DNA of 64,000 bases, from positions 32,972,388-33,036,387 of the forward strand of contig NC_092670.1 in NCBI RefSeq assembly GCF_964355755.1, read 5' to 3'. A model generated the notes under the pieces. The model ran no database searches, was not told the DNA's origin, and worked only from the letters and a program-made list of their open reading frames with translations. This document shows, piece by piece, positions 38,401 through 52,425 of this stretch; position 1 is the stretch's first letter, and each line of letters starts with the position of its first letter. A program made the translations under genes and the position numbers. The DNA is from Antedon mediterranea (lineage: Eukaryota > Animalia > Echinodermata).

Positions 38401-41400
38401 CACTGTGATTTATGTACTCAACTAAAATTAGCACCCTGGGAATTACTTCCGAAAAAGAAATTTGTCACAAAATGAGACCAATTGTTTAAGTCAAATTTAA
38501 ACAAACTATTTGTGTTTTATATGTAACATTAGGGTTGAGGGATGGGGAAGAGGATGGTGCAAAGAGGAACAGTTTTTAAATATATTCTTTATCTATTTAT
38601 TCTTTATTTATTTAGTAACGAAATATTAATTGTTTTCATGTTTTACAAATAATATACCACTAAACACAGTAAAACATTGCGATGTAATACTTTTTTGAAA
38701 CTATCACCGTCCTAGTCGATTGAAAAGTACAGTACGTGTATAACGACACATAACTACGACGTGTATATGTTTATATAATGTATAACAATTTGTGAAAACC
38801 ACCTCTATTCGGGGCAAATCATAAATTCGATTTAATCTTCAATAAATATTAAATTATCTAACTCAACTTAATTAGTAGGCCTAATGGTTTTCAATTGTTT
38901 CTTAGAGCTAATTCATACTTAAGTTGGTTCCTACCCTACCCACCAAAGTTGTTCTGCGTTTAGGGCATGTGATGCACTGTAGGCCTATCCTCTACTGGCT
39001 TTACAACGCTACTCATGCCAGTGAGGGAAGGGTGATGATGTGAGTGGTTTAACTGCAATAATAAAGATTTGTACATAAATATACTGCGACTGAAAACGCT
39101 AGCTCATTATCCGTTTAAAAAACATTATATCCAACCTCTGCAGCACAGATTGAAAAAAAAATGGATCGAATTTCTGTTATGAGTATACAGTACTTTCCTT
39201 TACGACGCCTGAGGGAATAGAAACTTGTGGAACGACACAGAGATTGGAATGTTCCATTCTTCGCAAATCAATACATTTGTATAAACGTATATTAAATCTA
39301 TCAAAATAGTATTTTTTAAAGAACATAGGCCTGTCTTCAACATTATGATACTGTACTCGAGCTGTTCAACCGGTTTTCAGCTATTAAAAACAATTATCGT
39401 AGGAGGAGATAGGAAAATGCGAAGCCTCCTCGCATTTTTGTGGCGGGTATTTTTCAAGATGGACATCCATTAGACAGTGTATACCACGATCGGAAAACAC
39501 CCCTATTTGGGGCAAATCTTTGAACCTAAATTCGTTTTAACCGTCAATAACTAATTATCTAACTTAATTTAATTAGTAAACAGGGTTACATCAGGTGGTT
39601 AAAATCAGTACCGAAAGTACGAACCAACTTTACATACCATCGAGAAAAAATTCTAAAAGTAAGGCGCGATTTACCGAATTTTGCCCTTACGTAAATTTAT
39701 ATATAGATTGCATTAAATGGATAGATACTATTGTGTATGTAATGGAAAACTGGGAGACTCCGTCCGTCCTTTGAAATCGTTTGTATAATATATACAATAT
39801 ATCATATTGCATATTATAATTCAATATGTACTCTCCTTTCCAAGGATAGTTTGTAAGATAGTGTTATATAGTGTATAATATATTGTTTACACTGTGAATT
39901 TTTAGTTTTATATGTTTTTACATGAATAATGTGTAGGCTTAATCATGTACCTATAAATTAGATATCTAATATAGGTCCATGGCGTAATATTTTCATGTAA
40001 ATAATGTTATCACTGCACTTTCGTGTTTGTGTTACAAGCATCACGAAACCAACAGGTTTATGAATATTTATCCTATTTTACTTATCGTAATTATATCACT
40101 GAATACTCTAATAAGTTTATTTGTACTAACAATTTGCCTGGATACCATGAATTCTATTTCTGCATTCAGAGGCATCTGGTCGTATAAATCATAAACATCA
40201 ATAGAAAATACCATTCCATTGAAATATCTAAATTCGATGTTCGATGTACTAAATCTGATAGAAAGAAATGTAACAATATATATAATAACTGTGTGTATAC
40301 TTTATATTGTAACTAAATAAAAGTAAAATAACAAGAATAATTAACATTTCAGAAAGTATAAAGATACTTACAATTTAGAAATGTTAACACTTTCATTTAC
40401 AGGTTTATTGGAGCCCGTTGTGCTGTTACTGTAAGATGCTATAATTAGCATATCACCTTAAAATAAAAATTACAATTAATATTGGTATTGTAGTGGTACA
40501 AACAATTAGATTATAAAAGTGGTCATTACGGAAATAGCAAACAGATCATGCATGCATTATGATCCGTGCGAATAAGCATGTAAAGTACACGAGGAGAAAA
40601 AAGTGAGGTTTTTTCTGTTTCTATAGTTACTTCATTTTGCCAAAAAAAAAAAAAAAACATTTTCAATTATTTATTTTATTATTTATTGACTTTGGTTGTT
40701 TTGTGTTTTTGTTTATTTGTTGACGTCATTAGTCTTATTTCAATGCATTTATATTCTGAAGTGATAATACTAATACTTCCTCACATGATCTCAAAATTTT
40801 CAATATAATAAGATTACGATTATTATTACGATTATTATAAATTTATTAATTGTTTAGTATAGCGTTGCTATTTATATTCCTACTAAATTCATATATTGCA
40901 CAAGAAAAATACAGGTCTCAACAGCAAACCTGGAGTTTTAGCGTTAATCTTCAGATTAAAATCCAGCTGATTATTGCCATGTTCCAGGCTACTATTAACA
41001 TTGTCTCCGCTCTCAACGACTGCTAACCCAACTACAAAATGTGAATGTGGTTCGAGATATGCAAGAAAAAAAAAATGTATAATACAATGTTACGATAATG
41101 TTTTTCAATTATTGTAATGTTCGAATTTCTGTTGTTTAAACGAACACATACGTTATGTCTAATAATTAGTTTTTATTCAACTTAATATCCATTCTAAACA
41201 GTGATTCCTAATTAGCCTTCAAACTTCATCCTATGTGTATTGTGTAATAACACTTGCCGTATGTATCTTCTTCATACATTTTCCGCTTCATTGATTGTAA
41301 GTTCAATATTTTGGTTAAAACTTCTTGTTCAAATTTGTGAAATTCAGTGCTGAATAAATTCATTTTCTGAAAATAATTCTATTTATAATTACTAGATTGA

Positions 41401-44250
41401 TCATTCTTGTACGCATAGAGAACAACTAAGCATTTTGTGTTTAGGAACATAATACATAACAATTTGAAAATTAAATTGTTATTTATTATGTTCCTAAACA
41501 CAAAATACCAGTTTCCATATTATTCCATAATGGTGGGAAAAAAGTATGTTATAAAATAAATTAATTAATGATTGAGTGAATCTCACTCTTCGCTTGTTTC
41601 AATTGATAAAATATTCAGTATCCTACCATTTCTGTTCCAAGAATCCACATTGAAGCAAAAAAAAAATAAAAAAATAAAGCTATAACAAGTTGATTAAAAA
41701 TTGAAAATATGGAGTTAAACGTTGTATAAGGTTATCAAACAAAAATATTAAAAGTTAACAATTAGAAATAATTCAGTGTAGATATTTATACCAAGTGTGA
41801 AGCCAAAATATAATATAAGTTTATTTACATAATAATGATATATCAATATTTTTGGAAAATGATAAATTTACTAACCTACAACAATTGTAAACGTACACGA
41901 CGTTATATAATTATTATAATGATCATAAATTTCAAAGTGAAAATTATGTTTTCCAATATCAAGATCACAAGGAAATATTTCAAAAGGGTTCGGTATAATT
42001 GTAACAAAGTCAATGAAGGCCTTTTCTACCGTCACTGAATAATTCACATTGACTGATGAAGTAGGTAAATCTGCGCCTACGATCTCATTAGAAGGACACT
42101 TCATATCTGGTGGTTCGATATCTGAAAGAAATTAATGTATCATATTCGGCAAAAAATGATGTATATAATACTGTTTAATCAATGTCATATCGGACTTCAA
42201 AAACAGTTTAAATATTTTACATAGTAAATGAAATTATAATTACATGACAAATACAATCAATTTTGGCTAATTAAAGTTTTTAAATTAATGACATGATTAG
42301 TCATGATTAGTAAGAGTAATAATTATCGTGACGATAGTAAATATTTATCATGATGTTATTTGATTAGATTTTTCAAAGTATTATGTATTATATAAAGACA
42401 GTCGAAATGGATGTCCTTGGTTCTAGAATGAAATGTTTGTGTATCTATTTATATTCATTCGTTATCATTCACAGTATAATCTGATTGATGACTTCGTAAA
42501 ATATATCGGGGAAAACTATATTCGGAGAGAGAAGGCTCACATCTTTATTCGGTCCATGTTAAAAAAATACAGAGGGCGTTCTACTTAATATCTCGTTTTA
42601 AAGATCAGGTAAGTTGACATGTTAAGTATGTATTCATTCAGAACGATAACTTAAAAAATGTGCACGCTATCATACTAACAAACAACAGACAGACAGACAG
42701 GGCTTTTAGCAACATTATATTTTGCCAAGTATTGTAATATACAATTTGAAGCTGAAATTCTGATAAAGAAATATCAGAAATACTTTAGCCTATGTGTAAA
42801 TCTACCAAATGGAATAAATTAATTCTTACGCATTTCACATATAGCTACAAAATGCCTCTTTCGACATGAACCATCAAACCAAGTACCGGTACTGTTTACA
42901 TAATTACCCAGAGCAGCACAATCCTCGTTACTCAAATCTTTGGGTTCATTAACATGCCAATCTAAAGAAATGAAGTAGTATAACTATTAAACAAGACAGG
43001 GCCAGTGTTTTTATTCGGTATTTCTCATGTGTTGTGGTAATAAGGAGCTAAATACATGTTTTAATATCAAGAAACGTACGTAATCTTCCGGTGCCAATAA
43101 CACTGAAAAAATGGAATTAACTAATTAAAATAAAAATGAAACACCTAGGTTTTTTTTATCAATTTGTTCTTATATTTTTATTTTTTTATCTTTTTTAACA
43201 TAGTTATTATAGTATCACAATAGAGCATTAGTTTTTCTGTCCTTTTATACACCAATGATAATTAAGTCTCCAGTGTTATATGGGTATTAATTTGGTTTTG
43301 TGGAGTGTGGTATTATCTGTTTAATTTAGTTTACTCTTTATTATTTTAAATGTATATATTTGTGTATAGTTTATTATTGAGTATGCGCCATTACTATGTG
43401 TTTCACTGTTTTGAAAGCGTTTTACGAATATTTTACCATATTTTTATTATTACTGATACTAATACTCTAAAACGAATTTAGACTTATGTCAAATGGTAAT
43501 AATTATACACGGAGATTTCTAAATTTACGAAATAATTAAACCAAGCCTACTTGTATAGTTTGCACTTCTTCCAGACACCCATTGAAACTGGCCTTCTGTA
43601 TCACTGTAGCCAATCCAAGCAGCGTAATATATATAGTTTTCAGTAAATCGTTGGAATACCCACGAGTTCTCGTCTTCACTTGAAATTTCAATCAAATCAC
43701 CATTCATTCCTTGGCATATTTCTCTCATAGAATACCAAGTACCAAGTGTGTTTGTAACACAGTAACACTTCGAATATGCTGAGTTGTAATGCCATCTTGG
43801 ACACCCTGGAAAATAGTATTAGTGTCTTGTATCATGTTTGTTAACATCATGCTTCCAGTTTTAGAAAAATGGGATCAGTTCCTACTCAAATTATATAAAG
43901 ATATATTATAGTCATGAGACTCGCAGTTTATTGAACATGGAATTAGTTTCTCCTCCTGCAAAAGTAGCGGGTAAAAAGGAAGTAATGAATATTCTAATTT
44001 GTAGATCATAAAACACAATCCTCGTCTTTAGCTACTCTACTATACTTATAAAATAAACAAAATAAATACAAAGAATATAAAAATGTTACTAGTCAAAAGA
44101 AACAAGATAAATTATGATATTGAACAATTCCACGTTATGTACTTCCACTTATTATGAAACCAATAAGATACTAAACTCACAGGCATCACAGATGACGTAA
44201 TGTGTAACAAGAATTGACAGTAACGAAACTCCTCTCGTGTTTATATTCAT
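35473..44250 (-). CDS. Adhesion GPCR-like copy B: signal - C-type lectin - HYR - stalk module - GAIN/GPS - 7TM, about 732 aa, apparently intact
   Basis: 18 phase-compatible exons totalling 2199 nt with no internal stop: 44181-44250, 43551-43805, 42830-42961, 41876-42121, 41627-41679, 41258-41366 (GC donor), 40930-41031, 40372-40456, 40131-40254, 37975-38039, 37626-37737, 37236-37339, 37016-37121, 36650-36870, 36468-36534, 36103-36206, 35816-35984, 35473-35547. Motifs: WIG/EPK/WFD (CTL), DIEPPDMKCP (HYR), HLTSFSVLM (GPS), IHKNL, LHF..FTWMC.EA, CWL, LLPLMGTTW and QGIFIF (class B/adhesion 7TM). Confidence 0.88.
38247..39707 (-). mobile_element. Full-length non-autonomous Helitron, family 1, in an intron of copy B
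   Basis: A|TCTATATATAAATTTACG...CTAGATGGTACGC-GAGCGAAGCGA-GCGTACCATCTAG|T; AT target, no TSD, multiple copies in the window. Confidence 0.88.
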
Positions 44251-44280
44251 TCTTCAAACTATAGAAACAGTTCGTTCATA

Positions 44281-45602
44281 TCTATATATAATATGGTTAA
44301 TTCTGACATAGGCGAGCACAATGCAAAAACTTTGGTACTAATCTCCGCCTTGGATACCTACCTTATCTATCTGAGATGTACCGCGAAACGTAGATTTGAT
44401 AACATTAGTGTTCACATCGACGCTATTGTTCCATATTTCTATCTTGGGAAGATGTTATAAAGAGTTTTTAAACAAAATTCATGATTTCAACATTAGATTT
44501 TCATCTCAATTTCAATTCTTCCCGGTCAAAGTAATTTCCGGGTTTAAGATAAGTTCACCTTGCAACAACCTGGTTTCAAATATTTTCTCTCTTTTATACA
44601 CAAGGGAGCAGTTAAAATAATAGATTTGACCCTAAAGGTGACTAGAAACAGGCACTTTCCATCAATCAATACAGTGTCCCTTTGGAAGACGAAAACAAAA
44701 TCAGATAGTAGGACTGGAGCTTAAGTTGGCCATTAGTCATAGCCATTTCAGTTTTTTGTTTATTTTAAAACATACCGCGCGTGTGTGAAGGTACAGTAGT
44801 TAAATAATAGAAATTATACTGCAAATTAATAAAGATAAAATTAAATATACGCCATAAAGAATCAGAATATATTGTGTGGAATAGTATTATAAAATTACAT
44901 AGGGAGATTTGATGATAAGACATTTTTCGAGTGAAATCCCGATAGCTGAGTTTCCTTCCTGTGTCCCGTTAGGACCGAGATGTCTGCCCATGTTGCAAGC
45001 CGTAATGTCTTCTTTCTTGGGCCCACTCTGTCACGGCACTTAGTTTCAAAAGATGATTAAATTAAATAATGTATTAATAATTATTAGGATGGTATTCATT
45101 TGAATAAACGCCTCTCCAATAAAACATCATTTTGAATAATAACCCCCCCCCCCCCAACCCAACTATCTAATAAACGCCCATCGACATATTTACAATAACA
45201 CAATTATACTATTTGTAGTAGAATTCACCGCACTGTTATCTACAATTTACCAAGCATTTGTTATTCTTTTTTACCACTTTTCATATATATTAGAGGATTT
45301 CATTTGATTATAAATGTTACCATATTATTAAATCTAAAAAATTTAACATATATCCCTCGAATAAGCACCTCCCTCAAATGACCTCCGCCTCCCCAGAGGG
45401 TCCTACCAAACAATAAAAACTATACTTTGAAATGTTATTAATCATCTAAAACACTGTGAAACAAAGTAGTTTAGTTTTACGAATGTCAAGCATTTTCAAT
45501 AATGGTAACCGACAGAAAATGTATAAGGAGAACATTATCATTCCGAGAACCATCGTCTACACTTCCTAGAGGGGGAGCGTGCGAAGCGAGCTGACCCTCT
45601 AG
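44281..45602 (+). mobile_element. Non-autonomous Helitron, family 2
   Basis: A|TCTATATATAATATGGTTAATTC ... CTAGAGGGGGAGCGTGCGAAGCGAGCTGACCCTCTAG. Confidence 0.85.
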
Positions 45603-46621
45603 TCATATATAAATTTACCTAAGGGCAAAATTCGGTAAATCGCGCGTTATTTCTAGAATGTTTACGGTACTCGATGGTATATAAAGTTGTTTCGTACTTT
45701 CGGTACTGATTTTAACCACCTGATGTAACCCTGTTTACTAATTAAATTGAGTTCAATAATTAGTTATTGACGATTAAAACGAATTTAGATTCAACGATTT
45801 GCCCCAAATAGGGGTGTTTTTGATCGTGGTATACACTGTCTAATGGATGTCCATCTTAAAATGCCCGCAGACAATAATACGAGGATGCTTAGCAGTTTCC
45901 TATCTCCTCCTACGATAATTGTTTTTAATGGCTGAAAACCGGTTGAACAGCTCGAATACAGCATCATAATGTTGAAGACAGGCCGATTTTCTTTAAAAAA
46001 TACTATTTTGATAGATTTAATATACGTTTATACAAATGTATTGTTTTGCGATGAATGGAACATTCCAATCCCTGTTCCACTAGTGTCTATTCCCTCAGGC
46101 GTGGTAAAGGCAAGTACTGTATACTCATAACAGAAATTCGATTCATGTTTTGTTTCAATCTGTGCTGCAGAGGTTGGATATAGATTTTTTTTTAAACTGA
46201 TAATGAGCTAGCGTTTTCAGTCGCCGTATATTATATACAGGTACAAATCTTTATTATTGCAGTTAAACCACCCACATCATCACCCTTCCCTCACTGGCAT
46301 GAGTAGCGTTGTAAAGCCAGTAGAGGATAGGCCTACGGTGCATCACATGCCCTAAACGCAGAACAACTTTGGTTGGTAGGGTAGGAACCAACTTAAGTAT
46401 AGCTCTAAGAAACAATTGAAAACCATTAGGCCTACTAATTAAGTTGAGTTCGATAGTTTAATATTTATTGACGATTAAATCGAATTTATGATTTGCCCCG
46501 AATAAAGGTGGTTTTAGTTTTACATTATATAAACATATACACGTCGTAGTGATGTATCGTTACATGTACTGTACTAGATTTCAATCGACTAGGACGCGAG
46601 CGAAGTGAGCGTACTATCTAG
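45603..46621 (+). mobile_element. Helitron family 1 derivative directly fused to the family 2 copy
   Basis: Starts TCATATATAAATTTACCTAAGGG immediately after the CTAG of the family 2 copy; ends CGCGAGCGAAGTGAGCGTACTATCTAG|T. Confidence 0.83.
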
Positions 46622-47183
46622 TAAACATAATTAAAGTAACAACTTCTGTTAAACATAATAATATATAAATAATTGACTATAAACTTATAAAAGTATGCTA
46701 CAGTACAACTAAGCATTGTAATCGATCTTGAATATGATCAGCATCACCTGATATTCTCGTAATGTACTTGACAAGTACAATTAAATTCTATAATTACTAT
46801 TTTTGAAGCTTCTCTATATTAGTTACCATGGTATATTGTCTACACATCAAGTCACAGTATCAAATGAAACTTGTTTAATACAACAATAGTCGTTTCTAAA
46901 TTAAGGCATTTTTAGTATATAATTGGGCGGTTTAAAATTTGTTCTGTGTCTAATACATTTAATGTAAACACAAATCAAATTGTTGGTAAAACTGAATAAC
47001 GATTATGTGACTCTAAAATGGCACCAACAAAAAGAATGTTATAACATAATTAATTTATATGTTTTTATTATTCACACGGTCTGTCTTACAAACTTCCACT
47101 TTGAAGCAAACTAAATGCATGCGTTTTTCTTTCTCTTTCACCCACTTTAATTTCAGTTACAGACAAACATGATTGTAGCATAT

Positions 47184-50100
47184 TGTAGTGAATTTATCTT
47201 AGTTGGTTCCGAGCTTTCTCAGGCGTATATATTTCCACGCGACGTACACAGCTGTCACTGAATGATAACACATACAAAAAGTATATTTAACTCAACTGGA
47301 ACTTTTATTCCTTGTAATTCGATTCTACCATTACCAGTCAAGCCTTGATATTTTCTTTATCAACTTTCCGTTTATCTACTCTGATCTTATTCTCTCTTCT
47401 CCTCTAATATCTATTACATTCTACTTTTATACTGGATATGCAAATTTTAGGCTTCAGAGGAGGATAACATTTTCCCTCCAAAAATTATACGATTTTGATT
47501 GGCTAATAATAAGGCGGACCTGTTCTAAAGCATCCTTCTCTAAACACAGAGAATCACATCATTTAATATGACATTCCCCTTTTTGGGAAAAAGATTGTGT
47601 CAATCTTTCCAAAAATTTAACATTTAAAACCATTTTACTTTAAACTATTTACTAATAACACCTCTATAATATTATTATGCACGGCTTAATCCATCTGCAT
47701 TTTCATTTAATGATCCTTTCTTGTAAATAACTTTAAATTTATATCCTTGTAAAAACAGAGCCCATCTCATAAGTCTAACATTGGCACCCTTCATTGAGTC
47801 CATCCATCTCAATGCCTGGTGGTCAGTATGAACTTGAAATTCACAACCATACAGATAATACTTAAGTTTATTGATAGCCCAAACAATAGAGAGGCACTCT
47901 TTTTCTGGCACAGAATATCTCTGCTCATGTACAGATAACTTTCTACTTAAGTACACAATGGGATAATCATTACCCTCACCATCTATTTGGCTCAGCACTG
48001 CACCTATGCCATAATTTGAGGCATCGGTTTGCAATATAAACATCTTATCAAAATTTGGGGCTTTTAATACATTATCATCAGTAAGTCGTTTCTTTAAAGT
48101 TACAAAGGCATTTTCACATTGTTCATTCCACTTAACGGTATTACTTTTACTCTTTAAAGTTAAATCAATCAATGGCTTAGCAATATCGGCATAGTTCTGT
48201 ACAAATTTTCTGTAATAGCCCGTTAATCCGAGAAATGATCGGACTTGTTTCTTAGACAAAGGTCTGGGGAACTTTTCCACAGCCTCAACCTTATCAATCA
48301 TGGGTCTAATTTCTCCATTACCAATCTTATGCCCCAGAAATTCTACCTGTGCATAGGCAATTTTACATTTCAAAGGCTTTGCTGTCAATCCAGCACTACT
48401 GGGTCAAATTGTGTAGTCTTATTTAGTGATCTAAAATCTGTCACCATTCTAATTTGATTCTGGCCTTTCTTCAGGGCAATAATAGGTGCAGCATAGGCAC
48501 TAACAGTAGGTTCTATTATACCCATAGCCAACATACTATCTAATTCCTCTTTCAATTTACCCTTTAATGCTTGGGGCGTTCTATATGCCCTATGCCTTAT
48601 AGGCATTTCACCATTAGTCTTAATTTCATGTGTCACTAAGTGAGTTCTACCTGGTACATCCGAGAATACATTCTGTTGGTACTTTAACAATTCTGTTAAT
48701 TGTTTAGTTTGTGTATCATTTAAATTACTACTAACGTTAACATCTCTCCATGTTTGTGATTGATGATAAGACAATCCTATGTCTATTTCACTATCTAACT
48801 CATTGTCATGGACTGTTTCAATTAAGTCTACTTCTTCTATCGACTGAACATTTGTTACTACATAATAACCATCTTTACTTATTTCTACTTTATCATACCA
48901 TCTCTTTAACATATTAACATGTAGAATTTGTTTTTCTTTTCTTCTACCTCCTATGTATATTTCATAATTTACATCATTGACCTATTTTGTAACCGTGAAG
49001 GGGCCTTGCCATTTACTGCCTAACTTACTATTTCCTACTGGAAGGAATATCAACACTTTGTCCCCTTCTACAAATTCTCTATCAATAGCATTCTTGTTAT
49101 AATTGTGGGACATAATTTCTTGTTGTTCAAGTTTGTTTACATTAGCATCTTTCATTAATTCCTCCATTTTTTCTCTTATGTCTAACATGTATTTGATAAC
49201 ATCAGTAGATGTTTCTTCATCTTCTACCCAATTACTTTTGAGTAAACTCAAGGGTCCCCTCACCTCTCTACCATAAAGCAATTTAAAAGGTGAATGGCCT
49301 GTCGCTTTACTAGGAACTTCTCTGTATGCAAACAGAAAGGGGGGTATGTAGTTATCCCAATTTTTTCTTTTCTTAACTGTAAGTGTCCTTATCATATTTT
49401 TCAATGTACCATGAAATCTTTCAACAAGCCCATTGCTTTGGGGGTGGTATACTGTAGTCTTTAATTGATTAATCCCCAACATACTACATATAGATTGCAT
49501 AATTGAAGACATGAAATTAGTTCCTTGATCATGTACAATCTCTTCGGGTAATCCTACTCTAGTAAAGACTTCTATTAGAGCCCTGGCTACTGTTTCAGCT
49601 CTAACATTGGGTAACGGGATAGCATCCGGATATCTCGTAGCATAGTCAATTATAGTAAGCATATATTTGTTATTACGGCTTGTTCTAGATAAGGGTCCAA
49701 CAATGTCTATCGCTATACGTTTAAATGGTGTACTTATAATCGGTAATGGTATCAAAGTATGTTTCCTTTTACTTTTACCCTTATCTACCTTTTGGCATTC
49801 CTTACAGACTTTACAATAGACTACCACATCTTTAAATATACCTGGCCAATAGAATTGGTTCAGGACCCTACTTTTAGTTTTCTCAACACCCATGTGACCT
49901 GCAAATGGCACATTATGACCTAAGTGTAATACACCCTGTCTACACTGAGTGGGTAATACAATCTGTTCCACTTGGTTATTCTTATCTTTAATACTACTCC
50001 AATTTCTCATCAATATACCTTGTCTCATAAAGAAACATACCCTATGCTGACCTATTTCTTCTATAGGGACTACCCTGTCAAACACTCCTTTGAGTGAGTC

Positions 50101-52425
50101 ATCCTTAGTTTGCAATTTGATCAGTTCTTGTTTAGTTAGGTTCAGCTTGTGCTGTTGTTCATAAGTTTTATGTTTGACTGTTTTATCTTTAGCTTTATCC
50201 TCATTTTCGTCAAACAAATTATTCATTTCTGTTCCATTCATATCATCTAAACACTTAGTTTTATTTACTTTGTTGTCATTTACTACTGTTTTCAACAACT
50301 GTACATTAGTTTCTTTAGGCGGCTCTTCTATCGGCTTAAAGTTACTATCTTTCCCTAACAATATCATTTCGTCTTGTATTCTAACATCATTTTCTATTCT
50401 GGCTTGCTCCCTAGTTAGGACGAACATTTCTTTAGCCATTGTTTCCCCACAATTCTGGTCCAAATCATGACCCAATAACATGTCCCTCTGTAATCCTTCG
50501 ATTACGGCTACAATCACTTTTCCTGTCACTATCTTACTTTGTATAGCTACCTCAGCTAAGGGGACGGTAATATCGCCTCCTATACCTCTTAACGTAACCC
50601 ATTTTCCTGGCAAGTAACATTTGTTAGGCACTAGACTTTCCTTAACAGCTGACTGGGTACATCCCGAGTCTCTTAGCATAGTTATATCCTGTCCTTCTAA
50701 TTTTCCTGTTATTGTACACATCTCCATTTTATTTTCTACACTATCTATAACTACTTGGGGTCTATCTGATATTAGTCCTTCACATCTTAAGCCATCTTTC
50801 ACATTCGGGCCCTTCTTAGTGTCACTAGTCTTTCCTTTTGCTACCATCTTAGGACAATCCCCTATTTTATGTCCCTTCTCCTTACAATTAAAGCATAGGC
50901 CATTAATCCATTCATTTGAAGGTTCTCTCTGTTGGAAATTTCTACCATAGTTATGGAATTTGCCTCCCCTTCCGCGATACCTATTGTATCCTTGCTGCCT
51001 AGCTCCAGGGTTATTCTGAGTCGTACTATTCTTAGGTTTACTATTTTCTTGGCCCTTATAATACGTAAGCTTATTTTCAGAATTTACGGCATTCCAATAG
51101 CCACGGTCACCTCTATTAGCTATATAATCATCAGCTATCATAGCCATATCATAGCTCTTATTTACTTGTTTATCTCTAAGATAAAGCCTCAGATCTTCAG
51201 GCATTTTATCATTTTATTAAGTGCCTGTTCCATTATAATCATTTCAATAATGCCTGCAGCATCATCTTCTTTTACATTAGCACATTTCATCCAACATTTT
51301 AAATAATGGGAGAGCTCATTCAGCCATTCCCTGATGGACATATCTTTAACTCTGTTTGAATTTCTAAATTTAAATCTGTAGGTCTCTGCGGACACATAAT
51401 ACTTTTCTAAGATTGCCTTCTTTAAGGTATCATAATCTACACATTCTTTTACGGTTAAGGATGCATATGCTGTCCTAGCTTTACCAGACAGTTCAGATGC
51501 TAACCTAGCGGACCACGTATTCTTATCCCAACCTGTGGCTTCTGCCAAGTGTTCAAATGTTCTAAAATATATATCAATATCATCTGATTCCTTCAAAGTA
51601 GGAACCTTTACCTTCATTTCATCTACTATATTCCTAGCATTACTGTAGCTAGACCTATTTTCTAATTCCATCATTTTCACTCTTTCTTGTGATTCAATTT
51701 TTCTTTGCTCTATATCTGCTTCTAATCTTAATTGGTATTCTTACTTTTTGTTTTCGGCCTCGAACTTCATTCGAAAATATTCGAGCATCATATCTTTAGG
51801 CATACCGCCGGGTATTTCGGGCAAATCAATATCCCTAGCCATTTTATCATATATTTCATTGACTTGGTCAACCTCTTCTTGGTCAACCATATCTTCCCTA
51901 GTATCTTTGTCTGACATAGTCTTATCTATATTTTTACCCGATCTTAAAGTTGTCATGCTAATAACAATTTTACTAATGAAATCTGTAAACTTATGTTCCT
52001 ATACAAAATATGTTATAAAAGTATTTGTATTACCTTGATTCCATTCAGTTATGTAAAAAATATGAAATCCACATAAATTTTTAAATGCAATACAATATAA
52101 GACATTAATTTACTTCAAAGTCACAAACAACGTTCCAAGTTCGCTCCGTACAAAAATTTACTTTCGAAATAAAAAATAGTTTACAAAGTCAGCTTTGCAA
52201 ATCTTCTCCAAATTACTTTCCGTTTATCTACTCTGATCTTATTCTCTCTTCTCCTCTAATATCTATTACATTCTACTTTTATACTGGATATGCAAATTTT
52301 AGGCTTCAGAGGAGGATAACATTTTCCCTCCAAAAATTATACGATTTTGATTGGCTAATAATAAGGCGGACCTGGTCTAAAGCATCCTTCTCTAAACACA
52401 GAGAATCACAACATTTAATATGACA
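47184..52425 (-). mobile_element. Second Gmr1-type Ty3/Gypsy LTR retrotransposon, with RT core and PBS deleted
   Basis: 3' LTR 47184-47573; partial 5' LTR 52215-52425 (211 bp shared); flanking CATAT duplication; PPT at 47574-47587; gag with CCHC; LRDSG protease; full integrase (HNVPFAGHMG..C..C, DIVGP, DQG, VERFH, GPF); RT start joined directly to the RT end and RNase H at about 48400. Confidence 0.92.

Noticed and set aside
50174-52038. Plus-strand ORFs over the second LTR element
   Set aside because: Antisense shadows of gag/pol with no recognisable motifs.
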